A DNA stretch of 64,000 nucleotides. Origin: Syncephalis fuscata S228 (taxonomy: Eukaryota > Fungi > Zoopagomycota). The notes beneath the pieces are model-generated. The model worked only from the letters and a program-made list of their open reading frames with translations, was not told where the DNA came from and made no database searches. Shown here one piece after another: positions 1 through 11,193 of this stretch. Made by a program: the position numbers and the translations under genes. Each line of letters opens with the position of its first letter. Position 1 is the stretch's first letter. The DNA is taken from NCBI GenBank assembly GCA_025786725.1, contig JAHLTZ010000007.1, positions 186,001 to 250,000 of the forward strand, in the 5' to 3' direction.

Positions 1-1138
1 TCGTGTTCTCTTTCTTGTTGAATGTTTGGTTTGTATGTATTATTAGTCATTAAATTGGCATTCGCAAACTCATTTGTAATACCAAGTACATCGTTTAATT
101 GCACGCGCTTTTGAAAGACGCACTGTCAGTGGGTAGGTGCCGCGTGGTGTTAACGGCTTCTTTACATGCATGGAAAACAATTGGTGATAGGCCTTGACAT
201 ATGCAGTAGCAATGCATGTCTGCCACCTAATGAGCTCATAATAATTGCTATGATTGTTAGTGTTACTATTGTCGTCGTCGTCTACTAATATAAGGAAGGG
301 GGAGGGAAGACTGGGCGGATGGTTTTTCCATGACGTCAAACTATTGCGGAGATGGTCATCGTTTTTATTTTCACGTTAATCTACGGATACAAACGGGACG
401 GTGTAGCTATTTCTGTGCCAGTATGGCCAACGCCATTTCGGTCTTCGGGCATATGAGTATCCGAAACAAAAATGGCTCTAGATGACAAAGCTTTGTCGCC
501 ACTCCTGCTTATTTTAGACAGAGAATCGATGTGACGGTTTCCTTTATGGATATTCAGAAAAAGAAAATTACTTCCATGGTGTGCTTAGGGAAAATCCATA
601 CCGCGTGTGCACGCGCAATGAATGATGGATATGAGGCGACAGAAATGTGCCCGTCTTGATTTAAAAGGACGACTGCATCGGCATTCGAGATGCAAGCATC
701 AATCCGCTATTATCTATTGCTATTTTTCCATCGTGTTTACTATTTAGTCTGTTGTGTGTCCAAAACGAAAAACTGATACAAGATTTATTGGCCAAGAATA
801 CCCGTTAAACGTGCGGCAAACGGCTATTCATCGTTTTCTTCGTCTTCTTCTGATAAGAAGGCATTTGCTCGTCAATGTAACTTACTAAGGCCTTATTCGA
901 ATCGACTCTTAGCGTGACCTCATATTCATACATAGTCTATACATCCATTGGTATTGGCATTGTCTATTTTTACTTGCTCATAGCATATTCGTATTTGCCA
1001 TTAGTTTTATAGATAGGCAGCTCGCGCGTGTGTGTTTGCGTGTTTCAATTCTACAACGTTAACCAAATTCACCATTATCTGACTCGTCTGTAATTATTGA
1101 TTTGCTTTCTTCTTCTTTATTGCTCAATAGCTATCAAA

Positions 1139-2726
1139 ATGCAAGCAGCATCGTCAACCCATTTTACTGCAGCGATGACATCCGTCAATCTAAATAGCAG
1201 CGGCGGTACTAATGCCCCTATTCGCCGTCGTTCCCTAGGCGTACCCCGTAGCTCTAACCAGCCTATGAATACCATTACAACACTATATAAGGAACAGATA
1301 GCTACTACGCCAAATCCCTCATTTATTCAAACGCGTATTAATCGTATTACTCAACAAAATCGATGGCAATTTGGTAAGTGGTGTAAAATCAAGTTAAATA
1401 ACTCAGTTTAATAACGTGAACTATTTTATTAGATGTACCAATAGCCATTATTCTTGGTTTGTTAATACTTGATTTCATGGGTGTTGAACAAGCACGTATT
1501 TTCACTCGATTACAACATCGACAACCAGCGCATCATGGTGCAGTAAAAGACACACCAATAGATCCATTGGATGGATTCTCTCCTATCACAAACCTACCCG
1601 GTCCTTATTACCGTATGGGCTTTCTTGACGTGTACTTTGTAGCCTATATGACCCTTACACTGACCCTTTTCCGATCCTGTGTTATGCGCTACATACTGGA
1701 GCCCATTGGAAAATATTACGGTATTCGCAACATATCAAAGCTTGAACGATTTAAGGAACAAGGCTATCTGTGTGTCTATTATGCACTTTCATGGTCATCA
1801 GGCATGGTAAGTAGTTAATCAAATATATTTTATTTATATTTATATAATATTATTTAGTATATTATGTATAATTCACTCTATTGGTTCGATACAAAGCATT
1901 TCTGGATCAATTATCCTCATCGTGATTACACTTGGCACTCTAAAACCTACTATCTTACATCGTTGGCCTACACTCTCCATCTGATTTACGTTCTTCACGT
2001 GGAAGCAAAGCGTAAAGATTATCGTGCCATGTTTATTCACCATATTGTCACGGCCATGCTTATCACTTGCTCGTATCTTTCGCACTTTCCACGTATTGGT
2101 AATGCTGTGCTATGTATGATGGATTTCGCCGATATCATTTTACCGGTAAGTAGCAACTACTATAACACTATTATACATATACTCATACCGTTTGTCTACA
2201 GTTTGCTAAATGTCTACGCTATGCCAAGTTCCAACGGGCTTGTGACGTAGCTTTCGGTACCTTTGTTCTAGCGTGGATCTATACCCGCTTCTATTTGTAC
2301 GCACAAGTATGCTATGCCATTTATGCCGAGGCCGAACAGTATATTGAACCTATATGGGATCCAGCCCGCGGCGTCTTCCTTACCCGCAAGGCCCGTGTCT
2401 ATTTCCTCGCTCTATTTGCCGCACTCCAACTACTGATCATCTACTGGTTCGCCCTAATCTGCCGTGTTCTATGGCGTGTCATTTCCGGCGCCAATGCCCA
2501 CGATAACCGCAGTAGTGGCAGTGAAGAGGAAGAAGACGAAAAAGAGAAAAAGAAACAACAACGCAAGCTATCATCCAAATTGCTTATAAACAGCAACAGC
2601 ACCAATAGTACGTCTATTGATTCATTGGCTATGGAACTACAAACAGAACCAAGCACCACATCTATTAATGAGCTAGCTCATACTGATGAACGCTCCAGTC
2701 GTCTACGTCAACGCCATGCCGATTAA
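1139..2726 (+). CDS. LAG1: Ceramide synthase (Lag1/Lac1, TLC domain), 4 exons
   Basis: Lag1p motif RKDYRAMFIHHIVTAMLITCSY...IGNAVLCMMDFADIILP|FAKCLRY after splicing; ERFKEQGY and FWINYPH motifs; acidic tail DNRSSGSEEEEDE. Introns start near 1374, 1807 and 2146. LAG1 versus LAC1 cannot be resolved. Confidence 0.9.
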
Positions 2727-4059
2727 TCATCTTTCTTTATAGTATTACACTATTATTTAGAGATCATCTCTAATAGCCATAATAACCATTACAAAACATC
2801 ATCATCTTAATACTAATCAATAGGATGACGATTGTTGTTTGTTTGTTTGTCTGTTTGTTTGCTACTATGTTCGTTTCCTCTTTTCTTTAAAATCATCTGT
2901 TGTTTAGTCATACTTTATCCTTGCACTACTCTGCTTATCTGTTGTTGTTGTTGTTGTTGCTGATACTTATTCTCCATCTAGTATGTATCGTAGTTGTTCA
3001 ATTATTAATCTTTGGATAAAATTATAATAAATCTATAGTTTTATTTAATAGGACACGGTCTACATTCATGACATCAAACCAACTGTTTATTGGTTATTGA
3101 GACACGTGTACGTGCGTATGAACGCGTGGACGCGTGTTACTTGTGCCTTGACCAGTCAGCCAGTTAATGAACCGGTTACTGAATTCTATCAAAAGTGTGT
3201 GTGTGTTCTATCCTTTTTGCCCTTTGTTCTCTCTCTCTCCCCATCCACACTTATCCACTATCTAGGATTGATAAAGATTAACATTAGTATCCATATGACG
3301 TGTGTGATATTCCCATCTTGGCCATGCAGGTCACACCTCAACTTGTTCTTGAGACAGACATGTCCAGTCTATTTATTTCACCGAAATCTAATACATATCC
3401 ATACTAGTTAATTAACCGGTCATTTATTTACTATTCTTCAATGCTATAATATTAATAAATAAATAAGTTGTATTAAATCTACTTTATAGATTAATTTCCG
3501 ATGGTAGTGCATATCAGTATGTGTATAAGCTTTAATATATCTTGGCAGTCTCCTTTGCACGTTACTACGATCATCGTGTACATCCATGTACACACACACA
3601 CACTCGCCTACTTTGTATTCACTTGGACTGTTACTTATTATTGCCATTACGTATATAACTACTATGTATTTATTCTCTATAAAGACTTTCTCATCTAATA
3701 ATAGTCCTGTGGCCATTCATTGTCAATTCACCGTCATCGATCCTTCATTTTGTCAATGGACTACTTGTCACCTGCATGCCTTTTACAGGTTCATATCTAT
3801 ACGCATAGCCTTTTTGTTAATATCAGCCATATTAGTGAAAGGGAACAATAGACCATGCTACATGGATCATGCTATATGCATATACGCACCTCTATCTAAT
3901 TGTATTGGTGGCATGCTGTCCAATATTATTCCAGTGGACTTGTCCCCACGTTTCATTGGTACTATGATGATACTAATAATGAATATGACCACAGTTACTA
4001 ATGTTATAATAAACTATAATAATGAGTTCTTTATTCAATTCTATTACACATTTGCCATA

Positions 4060-4140
4060 TACACACACAGACACAGACACAGACACAGAAAGAGATACAC
4101 AAACACACACAAACACACACACACACCTCCACTCTCTCTG
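4060..4140 (+). repeat. CA-rich microsatellite followed by a CT tract at the presumed 5' end of the nucleotidyltransferase transcript
   Basis: acacacacagacacagacacagacacag...acacacacacacctccactctctctg. Confidence 0.7.
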
Positions 4141-4881
4141 ATTTCTTTCTCTCTTATTCTCAACCACTCAACCACTCACTTATCCAACCAGTTACTCATT
4201 CTCAAATACTTGCTCACACTTCCCGTTCTCTTTGCCATTCACTCTATCCATTATACCAACAACCACAACTATAACAACAACAGCAGCAACTTGCAATCTT
4301 CAACAACGCACTCCATCTCTGTTACTTTTGAATCTCTCGTTCATTCAGTAAGTAGTTATTGATACCAATGGATATGACTAGTACTAACTGTAATCAGCTA
4401 TTCTAACCACCGCCGACGCTTTTCGCCTCTCGCTCTTTCGTCAATTCACTTCCGCGCCACCTCCTTTTGCTATCTATATTCTTCTACGCTGCTTATCTTT
4501 TCTTTGAACAGTAGTTGTCGATAGGAGACGCATTGCTATACATACTCACCCACTCACCCACTTACTCTATTTACTTATCTACTAGTGTTATTCATTGATA
4601 GTGGCGGGCTACTCCTTACTACAAAGCAGTATCCATTGATAACTAACTACCAGCGATAGTGGCAAGCGGTGCTTGTAGCAGACCCATTCATTCTATTCCA
4701 TACGCTGTTTATTCGTTGTCGGTGACCAAGTGACTTGCCCCGGCGGCAGCTTCTCCTTTTCTACAAGGTGGTCAGCGTCATTATTATCCGGTAAAGTTGG
4801 CGACTATTCTTCTGCACGGCCGCGTCGTATTAACTGATATATCTATATTGGTTAATCAAGTAGAGAAGCGGTATATTCTAT

Positions 4882-7800
4882 ATGAGCCATCATTTATGGA
4901 TGGAGGTTGTAGCCTCAAATCATTCACCGCCGCCATTATTAACCGTATCATCTACAGCAACTACACCGCCAACGACGACGACTTCTACTACAAACACTAC
5001 ACCACAAGCGGCTACAAGTCATAGTCAACAACATTATCGAGGTAGAATACGCTCTCCATTAAGAATGAATGTCAATCAACCAGGTACCTTTACACCTGCA
5101 TCTACACCTACAACACCTCCAACTACAACAATAACACCATCGACCGGTCAATCGATATCTACTGTTGTATCACCGTCAGCTTATAGACTGACAGTGAATA
5201 GACGACCACATTCTAAATCATTTTCAAATGTTACAGATGTTATACGTCGGTCTTATACGCCTTCACCGCCACCGCCTTCATCTTCATCATCCACTTCGCT
5301 ATCATATAGTAGATCAAGTACACCGCCTATTGCTGTATCTACAAATGCTGCTTCAACTGGTCTACAACATCCACTTAGTCGGTCAATGCTCAATACTGCA
5401 TCTACGAGTAGTAATGATACGTCTAATTATACACAGATGTCATCTTCAGTAATGGCATCTAATAGGCATGGTCACGCTTACTCAAACACTCATACTAATA
5501 TGAATGGTCATAATAACAGCAATATAAATGGATCTGCGCCATTAATACCGCAACCTATGACACCATCTTCATCTAATAACAATAGTAACAACAATAACCA
5601 TAACAGCAATAGTAATATAAACAGTAATATGTTACCAGTGACCACAGCCAATAAAGTAGTAAAAACAGCAGCAGCAGCAGCAAGCAACAACAACTACCAG
5701 TAACAGTGTTCCATATTATCATGGACATAAATTATCCAATGGATCTACTGCTGTACACCAAACAAGCCATAGTAGGAATCCTAGTGGCAGTCACAGTAGT
5801 ACAATGAGTAATGGCAGTAATAGTCAACCACTTGGTACGCCATCTAGTTCACCGTTACGACGACATTTACCTACACCGCCACCACAAAATACGACATTGG
5901 CCAATACTCATCATGATTCTATTAATAGCCATAATAACAATAGTATTAGTAGTAACAGTAACGGTCATGGTACTTTTACTCAACAACCGGTTATGATGCA
6001 TTCATGTCCATCTCAGCCACCACCAGGTTTATCTCCACCTTCAGTTCTATTTCAACAACAACAACAACAACAACAAGCACTATCCACAGTGACTACAATA
6101 CCTCCAAACCTTCAAGGTACTGATATAAATTCATCGGCATCTTCACCTCGCTATTATTACGCGTATCATACGGCACCGGTACCTACTGGCCATACGCATA
6201 CTGGCAATAGTAATAATCATCATAATCATATGATGATGATGATGTCACAGGCTAATGTCAATCATGGTCTAGTCAACCACAATTCAAATCATACTGGTTC
6301 TAGTACAAAACGGACTACTCAAATACACGCCCATCCCTCATCAACAATACATCCACCACCACCACCAACCAACAACGACAACCACGGCCACGTATCATAG
6401 CAACAATGGCAGTAATGGTCATGGCAATACAAATCGACTAGTGGCACATACACCACCTTCACCCTCTAGTACAATGACGAGTTGTGCCTCTAGTGCTGCT
6501 TCAGTAGGCATTGATCCTGCCACGGCCACTACGTTAATACTAGGTATGCATCGTCAAATGAAACCGGCCACTCTATTATCTCTATTGCCTTATGCTTATC
6601 CGGCGGCATTGGCCGGTTTAATGAATATACTACAACAAGATGCGGCAGCTTCTTCTCTTTCACCGAGTGATGCTACAAGTGATACGCGAAAAGATACTAC
6701 AACGGCCAATTCAACAACAACAACAACAACTACTACTACTAATCAAAGTAATAATGGTGATTCAGCGTATTTGCAAGCATTGGCTCAATCGCCGGTTTAT
6801 TCGTTAACAGCATCTTTGTCGACTGCGCTATTGGATACGTCTATTCGACCACTAGCTCAAAGTGACAATGAGTGTAATGATACAAATGGTTCTACGGCTA
6901 ATTCAGATACAACAGCCGCATCCAACGCGAGTAAAGCAAAGACTCGACAAAACGATTATCAAAATGGGCATGTGCACCAGAAAAAGAATTAAAACTTACT
7001 GGAGATATGCTTATACTATACCAGGCAAGATATAATTGGTCAGAAATATACTAGTATAAGGCTAATTGATGTTATAGGCATTATTACCAAGTGTCGAAAG
7101 TGTAGAACGACGTCATCTATTTGTAACCAAACTACAGCGTATATTTAATACAGAATGGCCTAATCGAGGGGCTAATGTGCAACTATTCGGGTATTTATAC
7201 TTTTATCTAGTTAATACATAGTACTAATTAGAATATAGATCGACATTGAGTAATCTGGCCACTTCCTATAGCGATGTAGATATTTGTTTAATGTCACCAT
7301 GGTCTGGATTCAAGAATGTATATACAATGGCCGATGGTTTACGTAAATGTAAGTTATTAAATAGTAATTGTTAATAATAATCATAATAATTATCTTGGTA
7401 TTAGATGGTATGCGTAACGTATCTTGTGTACCAGGTGCCAAAGTACCCATTGTTAAACTATGGGATCCAGAATTGTAAGTTACTTAATACTTATTATTAA
7501 TATTTAGTAACACATAATCTATATAGTAAATTGGCCTGTGATATTAATGTTAATAATCCATTATCAGTACAAAATACGCGTATGGTGCGCGCCTATGTAT
7601 CTATTGATCCTCGGGTTAGACCCTTAACTATGATCATTAAACATTGGACAAAACGACGTGAATTAAACGATGCCGGTAAGTAGATATTATATAATACTAT
7701 ATAATATTGTATATAGTCTATAATTAACATATATAATTATAGCGGGTGGAGGTACATTATCTACTTATACCTGGGTCAACATGGTTATATTCTATCTACA

Positions 7801-9996
7801 AACAAGACAGCCACCTATTCTACCGGCTTTACAACACTCAATCGACCAGCTGATGCCGGACCAGGCTATTTCTTTGAACAAGTATCACAACTTACCGGAT
7901 TTGGATACCCAACCATGAATCATTAGGTGCTTTATTATATGGCTTTTTCAAATAGTAAGTAGATAGATTAATAGTCAAACACTGTACTCACTATGTCTTT
8001 ATAGCTATGCATTACAATTTAATTACAATCAACATGTTATATGTGTTCGATTGGGTAAATGTTTAAACAAAACAGAAAAAGGATGGCATATGGGTCGACA
8101 TGAACGTTTACTCTGTGTTGAAGAACCATTTACGCAACATCGCAATCTAGGCAATAGTGCCGACGATGTTAGTGTTAATGGCATTAGAGATGAATTTAGA
8201 CGAGCGCTTATGATTCTCCATCAACGAGCTGATTTATCAAGCATGTCTAAACGATTTGTATTTACATCTCCTACTACTGATAACAATGAAGCAGATCAAT
8301 TAAGCAAGGTTAACCATATATCGACTACTGCTAGTACTACTGCTAGTACCAGTACGTCTATCATTTGTTCTCCATGGATAGAATCAAACGATGAAACATC
8401 TAATGATCATGCTAGTTGTACAAAAATGGTAAGATGATTCATATTATATATGTATATATATATGTATATATATGTATTTATAGTATTAACATTTAATAAT
8501 AGAATAATGTGAATACAAATACAACAATTCATGTCACTCCACCAGGTCTACCTGTAACAACAAACAACAACAGTAATCAACCATTGACTAGAGTCAACTT
8601 TGCCGCTGCTACTGCTGCCACTGCTGCTACACCTTCAACATTTGCCATTTATCCTGCTTATACTAACCATAACAATACTGCCAATTATAAACCACCAAAT
8701 ATGGAAGTGTCTAATCAACCAATGATATGGATGATGTCTATGATGGATAGAGGGAATACGAATAGTAACGGTAACAGCCATTCCCATCCACCACCACCAG
8801 GATTCACAACCTCTGTACAATCACCACCATCACACTATCTACATCCATCTACACCACCTAATATGGCTATGTTAAGACATAATGCCTCTATTTGTACAGC
8901 ACCGATATTAACACCGACTACAACCAACACCCATGGCACTACTAGTACTAGTACTAATACAAACCATCGAGGACGGGCATGGACATTTGAGTCACCTTAT
9001 GTCAATCATCATGGACCCATGTCATCAGGACTAATGATGCATTCATTGTCATCCTCTTCAACATCTTCAATGGGACCTCATAACATTGTTGATACATTTA
9101 ATAAGGATCCATTAACAACAACAACAACAACAAATGGATCTAATATACCCTATAGCCACAGTAATATATCCATGCCTACAACAACAACACCGATAACCGT
9201 CAATTCATTATCTAAATTAGATGATGTTAATCAAACTGAAAATACAGGCCGTATGACTGAACTATCCACTTCTCCTAACCAAGGACAGTTAACAACAACA
9301 ACAACAACAACAACTCGTAAAGGACGTGCTCGTCATACTAACCAACGAGGAAGGAAATCAAAAAGGAAACCACCTTTTACATCCACTCAACCTCAAGAAT
9401 CAATGACATCAGATCGAGTAACTACCACCAATGGGTTATTAGATACAGATATGTCTAGTAATAAGTCATCTAATATACATTCTAATCATAATATGAATAT
9501 AAATCATCGACGATGGGAACAGTCACCTAGTAATGCTACTAGTATTAGTAATACTAGTACATCAATAACCACCAATAGTCTAGATTCTAATTTATATTCA
9601 TCGATGACCGTGCCTTCAACATCTACAATGACCCCGACTACAATGAATACTACTACTGGTCATCATCATCCTAACCATAACCATAACCATCCTCATAACC
9701 ATACCAATTATCGACATCGTTCTAGTTCAGCATCTAGTGGACAGAATTCCGTCTATAATGGTAGTCAGACTAGTAATACGAATAGTAATACGAATAGTAC
9801 TGGTACTGGTAATAATGGTACAGGAGAGAATCAACATCGCCGTAGATATAAACCACGCCGTCATGGCAATAACAACAATAACAACAATAGTAACAACAAC
9901 AATAGTAACAGTAATAATGGTAATGGTAATGGATCACATCATCATACCACTATAAACAATCATCATCGACATGGTTTAAAGTCTATGAATACATAG
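4882..9996 (+). CDS. Cid1/Cid13/CutA-family terminal nucleotidyltransferase (non-canonical poly(A)/poly(U) polymerase) with long low-complexity termini
   Basis: Spliced core 6965-8220 reads LTGDMLILYQ|ALLPSVESVERR...QLFG|STLSNLATSYSDVDICL, AKVPIVKLWDPE, ACDINVNN, IKHWTKRRELNDA|AGGGTLSTYTW, LLCVEEPFTQHRNLG. The reading frame needs indel corrections near 5682, 6367, 6935-6965 and 7908. Confidence 0.88.
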
Positions 9997-10353
9997 TATT
10001 TATGACTAGGAAGAATAAGAATAATAATTATATGGATTAATAAGAGGTCATTTTTTTATTTGTTTCTATCTTTTCTCTTTCTTTATCTCTTTATTTGTTT
10101 GCTCATTATTTTCTATTTATCAATTTGTTGTTGTTTATCTGTCTCTATTTGTTTTCTCCAAGTTGTCATTTTATTCTTTATGTAATGTAGATTGCTATAT
10201 TTTGATAGTTTATATGATTGATAGTTTTTAATAATGTGAAAATTTTACATCCTTTTTTCTAATGTCATGGATGTGGCCACCCACTACGAGGGATTTTCTC
10301 TTCCTCTTTCCCGACTAGCTTGTTTGTTACAATCTTGTTGATTTATCGTCGCC

Positions 10354-10834
10354 ATGGAAAACGATCAAGGTGTCTGCGTTGACCTTTACGTGCCACGCAA
10401 GTGGTAAGTGTAATTAGAATCAAAAATAGAGAAAGAGGCGGCTATCGAATGAGATTTGAACCAACGCGATAATATTGATGATTATTTGCCATCTATATTA
10501 ACATATTGTTGTTGTTGTTGTTGTTGTTGTTAATAGCTCGGCCACTAACCGCCTCATTACCTCCAAGGATCACGCCTCGGTCCAAATTAACATTGGTGAG
10601 GTTGACCCCAAGGGTGTTTTGAACGGCAAGTTCCTCACTGTCGCTCTATGCGGTTATATCCGCGCCCAAGGTGAAGCCGACGACTCATTGAACCGCTTGG
10701 CCACCCAGCAAGGTTTCTTGAAGCAGTAAGTAATTGATATATAGTGTAAATTGTTGTATTGGTTTACTATAAGGGTATTGACATGTATTAACGCGCTATT
10801 ATTCTCCTCTAGAACCTGGTCCTATACTCAATAA
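10354..10834 (+). CDS. RPS21: 40S ribosomal protein S21 (eS21), 3 exons; absent from the ORF track
   Basis: Spliced product [17 protein letters not shown]|[23 protein letters not shown]...[27 protein letters not shown]|QTWSYTQ*; classic eS21 signature. Confidence 0.97.
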
Positions 10835-11193
10835 ACACTCCGAGATACTCACGCGTGTAAACCACCACCACATCCAATAGTTCTATGATCATGTTTTATT
10901 TGGCGGCGGCGGCAACGACGACGACGATGATGACAGGAGGTTAACGTAATAGCCAAAGTTGGAAGAAGATAGCGAATATTTGCGGTTTTTTATTCAACTT
11001 TCTATTCTATTCAATCTCTTTTTTATCTCTTTCGGTGTGTGCGGTGTGTATGCACATACGCGTCCAGGAATAAATGCACACTATTATCGTATATATTATT
11101 ATTCTTTTGTTTATTAATTAATGTAAATTGTGAAGACAAAGGAAGAATAAGAAATGAAGAATGTAACAAAATAGCAAAAATAAAGAATAAAAG

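Noticed and set aside
70-339. 89-aa minus-strand ORF
   Set aside because: Non-ATG start and no recognisable motifs; it lies in promoter-like DNA containing TGACGTCA at 331.
3444-4362. Overlapping ORFs including a 258-aa one
   Set aside because: Translation of CA/CT microsatellite and leader sequence (HRHRHR, THTHT); not protein-like.
5670-6375. Programmed +1 frameshifting at gcaAgca / ccaAcca
   Set aside because: No adjacent stop or known shift motif; indels of both signs occur throughout the window, pointing to consensus error.
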